A DNA stretch of 64,000 nucleotides from Rhina ancylostomus (Eukaryota). Positions 1 to 12,194 of this stretch are shown here, piece by piece (the stretch's first letter is position 1; each line of letters begins with the position of its first letter). The notes below the pieces were generated by a model that was not told the DNA's origin, searched no databases, and was given only the letters and a program-made list of their open reading frames with translations. The DNA lies in NCBI GenBank assembly GCA_030265395.1, contig JARFYF010000074.1, forward strand, positions 45,547,342 through 45,611,341, given 5' to 3'. A program made the position numbers and the translations under genes.

Positions 1-277
1 AGGTTCAAGAACAGCTACTTCCCTTCAACCATTCAGTTCTTGAACCAACCAGCAAAACTCTAATCACTACAGTTTAGTAGTGTACCACTTTGCACTAAAA
101 TAGACTTTTTTTTAATGTTCTAATTGTGTTCTTTCTTGTAAAACTTGTGTACAATTTATGTTTATGTTTTTCTTGTGAATGTTGCTTATATGAAGCTATG
201 TGCCTGTGATGCTGCTGTAAGTTTTTCATTGCACCTGTACATACCTGTATTTGTGCATATGATAAATAAACTCGACT
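1..277 (+). mobile_element. 3' end of a Rex1/Babar-like (DUF1891-type) LINE
   Basis: RFKNSYFPSTIQFLN C-terminal motif followed by a 3' UTR ending aataaactcgact. Confidence 0.6.
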
Positions 278-379
278 TTATCAACTGAAGCTATTAAGCT
301 TCCTGAAGGCACCCTAAATGAAACTAGAGTTTAGCAGATTTAATGGTGAGGATCTTTGCTTGTATTTCTCTTGAATATA

Positions 380-720
380 GATGATTAAGGAATGATTTGA
401 TGTTGGGGTTTAAAATGTCTGAAGGATTTTATAGAATAGAATTGGGAAACTATTTTCTTTCTTGGGGGGAGTAAAGAATGAAGAACATAATCACATTTAG
501 AGCAAGACTATTTAGAAGAGAAATCAGACTTCAAAGAGTAGCGGTAATCCTGATTTCTCTTATGCAAAAGGCTGCAGATCTTATACCAAATGGAGTTTTT
601 AAGGATTGAGATCAATAGATTTTTATTAGGCAAGAGAATCAAGAGATCTAGAACCAACATAGTTTAATGTTAGTGTATAGAACAGGCATGATCCAGTTGA
701 ATGGCCTACTCTGTTACCTT
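380..720 (+). mobile_element. Degenerate CR1 LINE 3' end
   Basis: Decayed CR1 tail motifs (gagatcaatagatttttatt, gttgaatgg..cctactc). Confidence 0.55.
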
Positions 721-919
721 ATTAAATCATAGGGTAATGTGGTGTTATTCTGCCATCAATAAGGAGGGTGATGTCAAAACCAGTGGTTGGGATAAATAAA
801 TTGATTCTCTGCAAATCCACTTGGCATTTAATTACTTCACTAAACACTGATGAAAGTGGAAATAAAGCTTTTGGGACCTAGCATAATTTACAAATGTAGC
901 CTTGAGTAAAGAGGAAGAA

Positions 920-1160
920 AAAATTATATTTATAAAATGGTCTTGTATCCCTCCCAGGATGTTTCAAAGCATTCTGCAGCCAATGAAGAACTTCTAAAAT
1001 GAAGTCACTGTTATAATTGTAGGAAACAGCAGTGCTGGGGTGAGCACAGTCTCAACAGCTGCTCCAGCTAATCTAACACAGAATGAGACCTGACCATGGA
1101 ACTATCTGGTGTCTATGGCTTGGTGTCACAGTGCACCTGTGCTTTAACCCACTGAGCCAC
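920..1160 (-). mobile_element. Old Deu-domain/tRNA-derived SINE remnants
   Basis: cagccaatgaagaactt..gtcactgtt..tgtaggaaa (Deu domain, reverse) and taacccactgagccac (tRNA head, reverse). Confidence 0.5.
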
Positions 1161-1844
1161 AAGGAACACAAATGTTGGACCACATCCATTTCCTACAAAG
1201 ACACAAACACACCAAGGACATTTTCACAAAACTGAAATAACATTCTACTCCATTTCTCAGGGTATGCTTATAGCATTTGATGAAACAAACGATGAAGCTA
1301 TTTTCTAGGACTTGTTGACATGATGCTGGCCAAAAGTGTCAACTACAGTACGAGGTGGGGTGAAACAGCATTGTACTATTCACTGAACATGTACCAATGA
1401 GATGATAATTACACTTCAATGTGGAATAGGTTTTCTTAATCTGACCTTTACTGAAAGGTGCCTTGGGTTGTAAAAGTGCTAATATCTTAATGGTACTTTA
1501 TAGGTCTCAGTTTGGATTTATTTACATCAATGCTTAAAAATGAAGACGATTCAACCAAAACTTTCATTAACTAAATTTTCATTTCAGGAGTCCCAACATT
1601 CTTCACCTGGATTTCAACCAAGATTCGCTGAATTTTAAATAGGGAAGGTCTTGTTCCATTAATGTTGTTTTACTTGTATCACAGAGGAACTAAAAGTAAA
1701 TTGAAAATCTAACAGCAATACTAAAACACCCATTCTAGATCTACACACTTCAGAGGAAAAGTGAACATCTACCCAGTTTGTTTTGTAATTGGAACTCCCA
1801 GTTCTTCAGTTAATAAGAATATAAGATTCTTATATACAGGGCAG

Positions 1845-2242
1845 TAGATTTCGTACAGAGATGAGGAGGAATTGCTTTTCCCAGAGAGTAGTGAATCTGT
1901 TGAATTCTCTGCCCAGGGAAGCAGTAGAGGCTACCTCATTAAATATATTTAAGACACAGNNNNNNNNNNNNNNNNNNNNNNNNNNNNNNNNNNNNNNNNN
2001 NNNNNNNNNNNNNNNNNNNNNNNNNNNNNNNNNNNNNNNNNNNNNNNNNNNNNNNNNNNCATTAAATATATTTAAGACACAGTTAGATTTTTGCATAGTA
2101 GGGGAATTAAGGGTTATGGGGAAAAGGCAGGTAGGTGGATCTGAGTCCACTGCCAGATCGACCATGATCTAATTGAATGGCGGAGCAGGATCGACGGGCC
2201 ATAGGGCCTACTCCTGCTCCTTTTCCTCAGGTTCTCATGTTC
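1845..2242 (+). mobile_element. CR1 LINE 3' end (spans N gap)
   Basis: MRRNCFSQRVVNLLNSLPREAVEATSLNIFK is the CR1 ORF2 C-terminus. Tail gaatggcggagcagg..cctactcctgctcc. Confidence 0.9.
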
Positions 2243-2599
2243 CTACGAAGGGCCTATTTCCACGCTATAAGACTTCTAAACAGTATCAAGATGAAACAAT
2301 GAAGAACCAATCGTTGCCTCATACACGTGTTTATCTTAGAGAGGAAGTACTTTATATCAACAGCTGTTTGTCAAGATAAGTACAGAATGGAGTTTGTAAT
2401 TTTGTGCTACCAGGTCTGCAAAATAAGCCCGATTCCATTCTATGTTGAAAACGAATCTCCGGATGAAATTATTCACTGGATGAATAACTTGTATTGTCAG
2501 TAAATCATTAGGAATGCATAAAGAACATGCTGGGACCTGGCTGAGAGCTGGAAGGTAATTGTAAACGTAAATCACCAAGGTTTGACTGGAACACCTCAT

Positions 2600-2740
2600 G
2601 TCACCCACCTTCAAGCGAGGATCTCTAGGGGTCCCATCAATCGCCAGTCAAACCGAACCGCTCATCAGCTCCCGCGCTATTTCGCGGTGCCGTTCCCCTC
2701 CTGACCAAGCAGTGTCGCAGTGCACACCGCAGGGCTTGTA
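2600..2740. promoter_or_regulatory. Small CpG-rich patch; possible promoter or first exon of a neighbouring gene
   Basis: Locally dense CpGs (ccgaaccgc, cccgcgc, ttcgcgg, gccg, gtcgc) in non-repeat sequence. Minus-strand donor-like AG|GTGGGT near 2609. Confidence 0.3.
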
Positions 2741-2829
2741 TCTGAGTAGGGCTACATTGATGCAATTATCTGGTGTTGTTGGAAGTGTTGTTATTGGATT
2801 CAAGTGAACTATAACCGTTTCCTGGACGA

Positions 2830-3360
2830 AGTTGGAAACACTCACGTGGTTTCTGCAGCCCTCTCCTATTCCAATAGCCCTGGCTGGTCTTACTCTTTCA
2901 GTTCTGCAAGAACTTGAGTCCATTCAAAACTCTGTATATTGTGTTCAACTCCCCTTTGCCCATCAACCCGGAGTTTGCCGGCCTACACTGGGTAAGTAAC
3001 CTACGGAGTTTAAAATGTTGTTCTTTGTTTTGCAATCCTTCCATAACTCTGTCGGCCTCTGTACTCCTATGGCTCTTCAAGATATCTGTATTCTCTATTT
3101 CTGGACTCTTGAGCATAGTTGGTTGAATCACTGAGTTGAGCATTGGTAATTATGGTGTCAGTTGCCAAGTCTTGCTATTCCCTCCCTTTACCTCGTCACC
3201 TTTTTCTTTAACATCTATCTCCGACCAACCTCTTTGTCACCTGCTTTCATTTCTCTTCCTGTTGCCTGGTGTCAGTTTTTGATCAGTAACACTCCTGTGG
3301 CCTACCTTTTAGGTGTTTGTGATATGTTAAAGGCACTGTGGTAATGGAAGTTGCTGTTGA
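2830..3360 (+). mobile_element. Degenerate L2-like LINE 3' region
   Basis: The ctacactgg..tttaaaat..ctcttcaa pattern and the tail atgttaaaggcact..aatggaagttgctgttg resemble L2 3' ends. Confidence 0.45.
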
Positions 3361-4329
3361 GTCCAGACTTGATACGTTAATGACCTAATGTTATCTCATT
3401 TATTGCCCAAAGCTTTCAAAACTTTGAACACAAATGCCAAAAGCTTGCACAATAAGACAAAGGAACTTACCATCCCAAATTTGTACTGCTGTATGTGAAG
3501 TATTCCTTCTTTGATGGGCTTTTCCATTGTAGGTCTCTCAGTTGCTGGCCTCTTCAACAGTCACTATGTAGTTATGTACTTAACAACAGAACCTTCACTT
3601 CCTACATGCTCACTTCCTCATTTTTGTGAAAAGTCTGTTTGACATGACTTTTTGTCTTGCCCTCAAAAGAAACCTCAAACTTACATTCTCAAATGGAAAG
3701 CTTTATGCCTGAATGAGGCTACAAAACTGGCAACCTAGTCATGAGGAAATCTGTAATGTATGAGAGAAAGGAAAGGGTGAAAAATTGTTTGCTCTTGGCA
3801 GGTTTAGGGTTTCTAGCATCTCAGGTGTTTCTGCTGTTTTCATTCATCCTTCAGATCATCTTTTTTTCTTTCCTCTATATTCATTTACTAAGAGATCGAG
3901 GGATCTACAGATTTTTTAAAATATGGTTTATTGTACTTTATGATTATCTATGCTATGTTTGTTCTCCTGATCTCTGTATTACATGTACAAACATTGATGT
4001 TATATATAAAGCTGTATTAATTTGAAAACCAATATAAAGTTTGAAAAAGGAAGAAAGGTCATCCTTTTTGTATGCTTCTGCTTCCCCTCCCTCTATTTGA
4101 AGCTTAAAATTTAATTTAGTCCCCCCCACAAATTTTTTGTATTCTGAGGAAAGATTAGCAACTTGTAACATTGGATCTGTTTCTCCATAAATACAACTGA
4201 ATGTTCTAGGATTTTCTCTCTTTGCACTTCCAAAAGCAGTATTTTACTTTTGTATTCAGTTGGTAAGTCTGGCTGGGTCGATAAAAGATTTACTAAAATG
4301 ATTTCAGCAATGAGTGACTTTCCATATGG

Positions 4330-4935
4330 AGAAGAAGGTCTCATTTTTGGAAGAGAAGCGGTTGCAAGGGGATCTGATTAAAGTATCTAAAATCATGAAG
4401 TATGTTGATACTTCATGGAGAGAAACTGTGTTCCCATTTGCAAAAGAGTCAAGAATCTGGGGATATTATCTTCTCCTTATTAGATCACAAGATAGGGAGC
4501 AGAGGTAGGCCATTCGGCCCACTGAGTTTGTGGAAAAGAGATGAGAAAAGAGAAGTGTGGGGGGGGGGGGGTAGTCANNNNNNNNNNNNNNNNNNNNNNN
4601 NNNNNNNNNNNNNNNNNNNNNNNNNNNNNNNNNNNNNNNNNNNNNNNNNNNNNNNNNNNNNNNNNNNNNNNNNNNNNTAAAATCTAGAATGAGGTGAATT
4701 GGCAATTTCAAGACTTCTATGCAGCAAGTGATGAGTTTCTGCAGTATACCATCAGGGATAATGGTGGAGGCAGATTTGATGCCTTCAAAAAGGATCTGGA
4801 TCAAAATCTGAAAAAGGAGAATTTACAGAGGTGTGGGGAGAGGGCAGGGGAATGTGTCTAACTGGAATGCTATTACAGTAGAAACTGTACAGACTGGGCG
4901 GAACTAATGGCCTTTTTCCATGCTGTAGCTATTCT
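4330..4935 (+). mobile_element. Degenerate CR1 LINE 3' end with gap
   Basis: LEEKRLQGDLIKVSKIMK motif; CR1 tail. Confidence 0.75.
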
Positions 4936-4959
4936 GTGAAATTATTAGTGCAGACTCTG

Positions 4960-5290
4960 AAACAGTGGCGCAGCTGATGGTCTGCTCTTTTGCAGTTCTG
5001 ACAACCCAGGTTCAGACCTGACCGCCAGTTCTTTATATGTGGAGTTTGCATGTTCTCCCTGTGACCCTGTGGGTTTCCTCCAGGGGCTTCAGTTTCCTCC
5101 TATGTTCCCAAGGTGTGCAGGTTGATGGGTTAATTGGCCACTGTAAATTGCCTCTGCTGTGAGGGTGAGTGGTAAAATCTGGAGGGAACATGGAGCATGT
5201 ATAGTAGGATTAGTGTAAAAGGGTGCTTGATGGTTGGCATGGATTTGAAGGGCTGAAAGGTCGGTCTTTATTTTGTGAGACTCTATAACC
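4960..5290 (+). mobile_element. V-SINE (HE1-like)
   Basis: tRNA-like head gtggcgcagctg..ggttca and V-domain gtggagtttgcatgttctccctgtgacc..gggtttcctcc..ttaattggccactgtaaattgcc. Confidence 0.85.
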
Positions 5291-6329
5291 TCTTGTCTAT
5301 AATCATTTATCCCTTGAAAAAAAAGTTTTCTATCCTCTCTAACCACCTAAATAGTTATTTTACAACTAATAGACAGATGTGTTCAATGAAAATTTAGAAA
5401 AGATTGTTTTAATCCTTGCAATTAATGAGTAATGTCCAAGATGTTTGTCTCAATTCAAGGAAACTGGTGACCAGTCCTGGGTACACTAGCCAGAACGTGA
5501 TTAANNNNNNNNNNNGAGTAGTGCAGTCTCTTGTGTGTTCAATGCAAACAGGGGATGGAGGGCGTCACCTTACAACCCCTCCCCCCAACACCCTCCATTC
5601 TATTAAGCCCACCTTCCCCATCTGTAAAAGAGTGTGTTGCTCGCACATTTGGCCTCGTCAGTGAGCTCAGAACCCACAAAACCGTAGTGGAAGCAAATCA
5701 TCCTTGATCCTTGTCACACAAGTAAATTTGTTGTGGACAGAGCTTGCTCTGCCTGGCCAGGAAGGAGGATTCCTCTGGTCATTTCCATGATGCTCCCATT
5801 GGGGAGGTGGCCAATTGCTGTGAGATAAGTTTAAACTTGTTTCTGTGGTCAATGGCTGTGACCATTTTTGTATTACAGCAAGTTTCTCAGTTACAAATGG
5901 GGCATCTGGTGTAGGTTGCTGGTCATCTTATTCAAGCCATTACACACCACCTGCCTCTGCAGTCTTACCTCCTTCCTGTTCTCCTGGTGTTCAAGAGCAG
6001 GAAGGAATTCAGTTACCTAACCATTACTGGAAGAGAATACTATGTGGATGTCACATCATAATTGTGCTCTGTTGAATTCCATGCTACTGTGATCTGCAAC
6101 CTCCAAACCATTAACTTCACACCTTCCTATGGGTTTCCATTGTGCACTTCCGTAACTAAAGGTTGTAAGATGACCAGCTGGTTCTTCAACCTGCCTCCNN
6201 NNNNNNNNCTACTGATCACTTTAATGCAAAGTCTCTTCACTGGCACACAATGCATATTTTAAACAAATATAGCCAGAGCAATTCCTTAACTCATACTTGT
6301 TATTGTATATGGGGCTATTCGGCCCAGCA

Positions 6330-6520
6330 GAGCTATTGCATCAGTCCCATTTTCCCTCTTATTTCCTTGCAACTTGTTCTCTCTGCTTTGATTCTTTTGC
6401 CCCTTGCCTACAATGAGAGGTAATTTACAGTAAACAGCATATCCTTGGGGTGTGGGAGAAAGCCAGAGCACCCAGCAGAATCCCATGCATAAAATGTATC
6501 AACTCTATATAGATAGCATT
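6330..6520 (-). mobile_element. V-SINE fragment
   Basis: aatttacag..gtgtgggagaaagccagagcacccagcagaatcccatgc is the V domain in reverse. Confidence 0.7.
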
Positions 6521-6919
6521 CTAGGTCATGGAAATATGTGTAGAAATGGGATGCAGTATCATGCAGTGTGTACTTGCCATGTGGTTATTGTGGTCAAATA
6601 AGTCAAACGATGTGTGAGCTGTGAGATGTGCCCATTTGCCTGGAAGAACACAGGTCCAAAGGAAGTTCAACACCATTCAGGACTGTAGCCCACTTGATTG
6701 GCTTCCTATTCACCACCCTAAACTTTCACTCCTTCAGACACCAGTACACTGTGTCTGCAAAGTGTCCCATCCACACAATGGGCTGCAGTTAAAGTTTCTG
6801 GTCAATGACCTGTCATCAGAGTTTGGAGGAAGGGTCTTCAACCTGAAATGCTCAGCCTTTCTTGTTCCACAAATGCTGTCTGGCCTGCTGAGTATCCCCT
6901 TTGTTTCAGATTTGCCAAT

Positions 6920-7260
6920 GACACAGTGGTACAGCTAGTGGAGCTACTGCTAAACAATGCTATTGACCTGTGTTCAGTCTTGACTTCAGGTGCTCTTTCT
7001 GTGGAGTTTGCACACTCTCCATGTAACTGTCCCTCCAGGAAGCCTGGTTTGCTCCCACATCCCAAAAACATGGAGAGGGTTCATTAATTGGCTACTGTAA
7101 ATTGTTCCTGAAGTGTGAGTAGTAGAATTTGGGGGGGGGGGGGTTAATTGATTGGACTGTGAGGAGAATAGCCTACTAGGGAATTAGTAGGGAAATGGGA
7201 TTGCTCTGAAAACTGGCATTGAGTTGATGGGCTGAATGGCCTCCTCTTGTATGTCATGGA
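6920..7260 (+). mobile_element. V-SINE (HE1-like)
   Basis: acagtggtacagctagt head, gtggagtttgcacactctcc V domain, CR1-like tail gatgggctgaatggcctcct. Confidence 0.85.
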
Positions 7261-7329
7261 GAAATATGGAACATAGAATTTCTAGCATTCGCAGTTTTAT
7301 TTTTGCTTTTAGTGAATATAGTATATTGG

Positions 7330-8590
7330 AAGAAGGAAAAGTAAGTGTTTTATTTCAATTAGAAAAATTGTTTTGGATCCTGGGGAAAGGGAGGAGACAA
7401 AAGTGATGGTGTTGCATCTTCTTCATTTTCCTGGAAGGGACGTTGTGAGGATTTTAAAAGTGATTAGGAAATGGAATAGGGTGCTGTGCTGTGGTGGGGA
7501 ACTTGCGTTTGGAATAGGATCATATGAATTACTGCAGTGGAGAGGGAGGCCATTTGACCCATCATGTCAATGCCAGCTCCAGGCACTGTCAACTGAGATG
7601 GAGAGATTTCTTAGTTGAGGGAAAAGGGAGCCATTTTAGAAATGCTGTCATCGAAACAGGTTCAAAAGAGAAGGAGAAATGGGGAGAATGGCATAAGGTC
7701 CATACGGGAATTGGGGTGGGGAAAATATCATCAAGGTCACTATGGGAATTGGTAGGCTTTTAGCAGATATTAATCAACAACCATTTGCATAAGTGAAGAT
7801 GAAGATAGAAGGGAAGAGTCTGAGATGGACCATATGAAGGTGGAAAGAGAATGGAAATCAACAAAAGTTGATGGAATTTTCCATTCCAGGGCAAGAACAA
7901 GAAATGGCACCTATGCAATCGGCACAATCTATTTTCCACGAAAAAAGCAGACGTAGCAAAGCACTATAATAATTTGGAGGAAGTGGTTGGAGTCAAGGGA
8001 GAAGTTGTTTAATATGAGACAAATTCAGTCAGGCAAAGGAGACTGGTTGTGGAAGGGGACTGGTTTGCTCTCCTTTCAAGGAAAAAGCAAAAATCTATCA
8101 GGTGCTTCTGATGGGGGGGTGGAATGTAGATGGATTGGCTGAGGTAGGCAAGGACAATGGAAACTTTTTAAAGAAAGCAAGAATATAATTGTAAAGAGTT
8201 TGGACAAGAGGAAGAAAATAGAGTTGAGCTGGGAAGAAATAAGTTCCATAGGTAAGAACAAGCGATAATGATGGGTCCACCATGCCAATACTGTTTCTGA
8301 TTTTCAAGGAGGGAGAAAGGGTCTGTGTGTTGTAGTGGGGCAGTGGAGGGATCTACAGAGGGGATAACATCAGTGAGTCTGCAGAACAACAGTCTCATGT
8401 TCACAAATGGGGTCACTGATGATAGAGATCTATAAAGAGACATCTGGAAGCTGGAGTTCAGCATTTGCAAGGTAGATTTTGGTTTGTCTAAGGACTGTAA
8501 TACCATCCTTCTCAGCAGGTTTAATGGCAATTCTTGAGCCGGGCCCACTGTACCGAGCTCGAGCAGAGTAAATGTGAGGTGATCCACTTT
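7330..8590 (-). mobile_element. Penelope-like retroelement RT fragment, decayed
   Basis: The minus strand encodes IAIKPAEKDGITVLRQTKIYLANAELQLPD, similar to the PLE motif IVIKPADKGGAVVVWRTDLYIAEAERQLSD, and LTEFVSY-NNFSL, similar to LAELVLTLNNFSF. Confidence 0.75.
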
Positions 8591-9380
8591 GGAAGGAAGA
8601 AGCTAATAGCATATTATTTAAACTGTGAGACTACAAAATTTTGCAGTACAAAGGGATCTGAGGATCTTAGGATATGAAACACAGGAAGTTACCATGCAGG
8701 TATAGCAAACAGATCTGTAGGCGATGGAATGTTGGCCTTTGTTACGATGTGTATGAAGTATAAAAATAAGAAAGTTTTGATCCAATGGTACAGGATGTTG
8801 GTGAGGCTAGACTTGGTGTACTGCTAACACTTTCTGTCTCCATATATTTAAGTAAAGATGTTTTTGGATTTGAGACTGTAGAGATGGTCGATTCTTGGGA
8901 TGAATGAGTGAATGTTTGAAGACAGGTTGGGCCTATACTCTTTGCTGTGTACAAGAATGAGAGATGACATTGAAATATAAGGTTCTGATGTGTGGTGGGG
9001 AGCGGGGGGGGCGCATGTAAATTGACAGGGTGGATGCTGAGAGGATGTTTCCCCTTGTGGGGTATCTAGAACTAGGTGCCATAGTTTCAGAAAAAGGAAC
9101 CATCCATTTAAGATAAAAATGAGAAGGAATTAATTNNNNNNNNNNNNNNNNNNNNNNNNNNNNNNNNNNNNNNNNNNNNNNNNNNNNNNNNNNNNNNNNN
9201 NNNNNNNNNNNNNNNNNNNNNNNNNNNNNNNNNNNATTAATTGAGAGTTGTGACTCTTTGGAGTTCTCTGGCCAGAGATTTATGAAGGCAGAGTCTTTGA
9301 ATATCTTCAAGGCAGAGAGTGACAGACATCTCTTGAGGGGGAAGTGGAGAGATCAAGGAAGTGTTGAAGCCAAAAAAATT
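8590..9380 (+). mobile_element. CR1 LINE 3' part
   Basis: CR1 ORF2 C-terminal motifs (agggatctg, ttggtgaggctagacttgg, gacagggtggatgctgagaggatgtttcccc). Confidence 0.8.
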
Positions 9381-9454
9381 GCTCAGTTATGAATGGTTAG
9401 TGGCTCAAGGAGCCAAATAATCTACTCCTGCTGTTTCTTGTCTGTATACCATGA

Positions 9455-10295
9455 TAGAACTTAGAACAGTACAGCACAGGAACAGGCCCTTTGGCCCACA
9501 ATGTTGTGCTAAATTAATTAAATCAGTAATTAAATGCCCAACTAAACAAATCCTTTGTGCTTACACAATGTCTATATCCTTCCAGTTACTGCACATTCAC
9601 ATGCCTATCTAAGAGCCCTTGAATGCCCCATTATATTTGCCTCCGGCACCACCCCAGGCAGTGCATTCCAAGCACCCACCATTATTTTTTTTTAAAAGTA
9701 AAACTTGCCCCACCCATCTCTTGAACTTGCCCCCGTCATCTTAAATGCATGCCCTCTGGTATTAGACATTTCAACCATAGGCAAAAGATATTGGTTATCT
9801 ACTGTATCTAGGTCTCTCATAATCTTATAAACCTCTGTCAGATCTCCTCTCTGCCTNNNNNNNNNNNNNNNNNNNNNNNNNNNNNNNNNNNNNNNNNNNN
9901 NNNNNNNNNNNNNNNNNNNNNNNNNNNNNNNNNNNNNNNNNNNNNNNNNNNNNNNNTCATAATCTTATAAACCTCTGTCAGATCTCCTCTCTGCCTCTAC
10001 TGCTCCAGAGAAAACAACCCATGTTTGTCCAACCTCTTCTTCTAGCACCTGCCCTTTAATCCAAGCAGCATCCTGGTAAACCTCTTCTGCACCCTCTGCA
10101 AAGCCTCAACATCCTTCCTATAATGGGGCAACCAGAATTGAATACTCCAAATGCAGCCTAACTAGACTTTTATTAAGCTGCAGCATAACTTACCAACTCT
10201 TGAACTCAATTCCTTGACTAATAAAGGCAAGCATGCCTTTACCACCCTATCAACCCATGTAGCCACTGTCAGGGAGCTATGAACTTGGATTCCAA
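9455..10295 (-). mobile_element. CR1 LINE 3' part (spans gap)
   Basis: Starts with the reverse tail agaacagtacagcacaggaacaggccctttggcccac and includes ccaagcagcatcctggtaaacctcttctgcaccct. Confidence 0.88.
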
Positions 10296-10299
10296 GTAC

Positions 10300-10620
10300 T
10301 GGACAACTGCAATCTGAAACGATAACGTATCTAATTGGTTCCCTCTGCCATTATTTTCCCCATGACAACAATATCAATATCAACATCTTGAGGTCACCAT
10401 TGAGCAGCTACCTACAGTTGTGGTTGTAGGAGCAGGTCAGAGGCGGGGCTTCCTGTGCTACCTGACTCCTAAATGTCTTTACCCATCTTCTGCACACATG
10501 TCAAGATTGTGAAGAATATTGTCCACCTGGGAGACTGAGTGCAAATCCAACGATGTTAAAGAACCTTCAACACCATCTGTGAAGGAGCAGCTTACTTTGT
10601 GCATCCCACCTCTCACCAGC
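10300..10620 (+). mobile_element. Old CR1/L2-group LINE fragment
   Basis: catcttgaggtcaccattga..agcaggtcagaggc..gtcaagattgtgaagaata is a decayed RT C-terminal region. Confidence 0.45.
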
Positions 10621-12132
10621 ACAAAGGTTACAGTAGTTCAGCCATGCTCTTAAGGGCAGGCATAATAAGTGCTCGCTTTGCCATTGATGCCTACACCCTG
10701 TGGATGAATTAAAAAGCTGACTGATGAATAAAATAGATGAATAAAATTCTGAGCGAAAGGGGCATGTTTTAATATTCACTGCCTGGGCAGATTTTTGAGA
10801 GAAGTGTTGAAAAGCATGCTTGGAATGACTCCTAAATAATTGCAGCTTGTGGAATCTTTATGCACTTCCTAACACTTGGGAGCAAAATCAAAAATCTGTC
10901 CCAACTTTTATGGAAGGGACAATGAACATAATGGATTTTGCATTCTCCAAGGTGAGCAAAGACCCATATACTAAAAAAATAGCAACCAGTAAAAATAAAG
11001 CAACCATATGCAGAAAATATTGGGGATGGTAATAATTTATTTTTAGCAATGTCAACACACATACATACTTGTGCATATAGTCATTAAAAAATCTTGTTGC
11101 AATTTTTTTTTAGAAAAGCATTTTCTTAAATTTTTTGAAGCTAAGAGATAAGAAGCTTTCAAACTCAAAATAAAGAAACTGAGTTCCCAAGGATATGAGT
11201 GATTAACAACAATAAAAGTCCTCCTTGTACTCAAACCCACACAGTCCTTCATACTTATACCCAGGATTGGGGTGTTTTCTTCTTATCTTGTGTTCCAGTT
11301 ATTTTTCCTGTTTATAATCCGGCCTATTTTGAAAAAAATGACATCTGAAATTACTCCATTGTTTAAATGAAAATTGTAATTCTTTCTATGCCACGTAACC
11401 CTGTCGACTATAACCACTTGTGTGCTATAATTGCTTGGCTATTACAGGAGAATTCCTCAACTTTCTTGGCTCTTGCTCTGACCAAATAGACAAAGCATGC
11501 TCAGAGATCTCATCTCACCAGGGTGGGAACCAAAGAACAGTAGTATTACTAAAGACAGAACTCCTGATGGTTTTCCTTGGTCCCACTGTGAAAGTGCCTC
11601 CCTGTTAGTTGGAGCCATGTAAAACAGTGGCCTGATCAGGATCTGCAACCACAGTAGCACCAAGATACCTGTTGCACTGCATCAAGGATGTTAATTGAGG
11701 TACTTACAGTTAATATGAAAATGCCTGATTGTGATAGCACTGTCAATGGCAAATACTTGAGTTGACTGAATAGTGGTGTGTGCTAATTCCACAATTCTTA
11801 TCATGGTCTTGTGAACTACAGAAGATTGTGATCTGTGGCATCTATGAACAATCACACACATTTTTTTCTGGTCCAAAGTGGTCCACAGTAGAAATGTTTT
11901 TTCTCTTTGAATAGTGCCTTGGAAATATTTTGCTCTCACCTCGGAGACAAGGGTGCTTTTACTTTGCCAAAGCTGTCACTCTCTTGGCCTATAATATTGT
12001 CCAAAGCTTGGAAGTTACTCTTTTGAACATACCATCACATTCATTAATTTAAAGCTTATCACAAGCACAGCTTCAGTACCATCACTGAATTCATCAGTTG
12101 AATCTCCCTCACCAGCTTTTGGCTCTTCTCTT

Positions 12133-12194
12133 TCAGGAATTGCTTTCCGTAGCTATTGAAATCTTTGATCTGGATTTCACTTTCCCCTTTGGTG
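12133..12194 (-). CDS. HIPK4: HIPK4-like kinase, possible terminal coding exon 4
   Basis: Acceptor cattgtttttattcag|CA in phase 1 gives APKGKVKSRSKISIATESNS-TGA. The total CDS of 1698 nt is divisible by 3. AT-rich non-repetitive sequence follows, with AATAAA (minus strand) near 11036-11041. Inferred from splice signals only. Confidence 0.4.

Noticed and set aside
1937-2082. Direct repeat cattaaatatatttaagacacag on both sides of an N-run
   Set aside because: Overlapping contig ends around a scaffold gap; assembly artefact. The same pattern is seen at 9817-9996 and 26222-26387.
4960-5030. tRNA-like A/B-box sequences (also 6920, 41215, 52545, 63430)
   Set aside because: These are SINE heads followed by the V domain. 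No complete cloverleaf.
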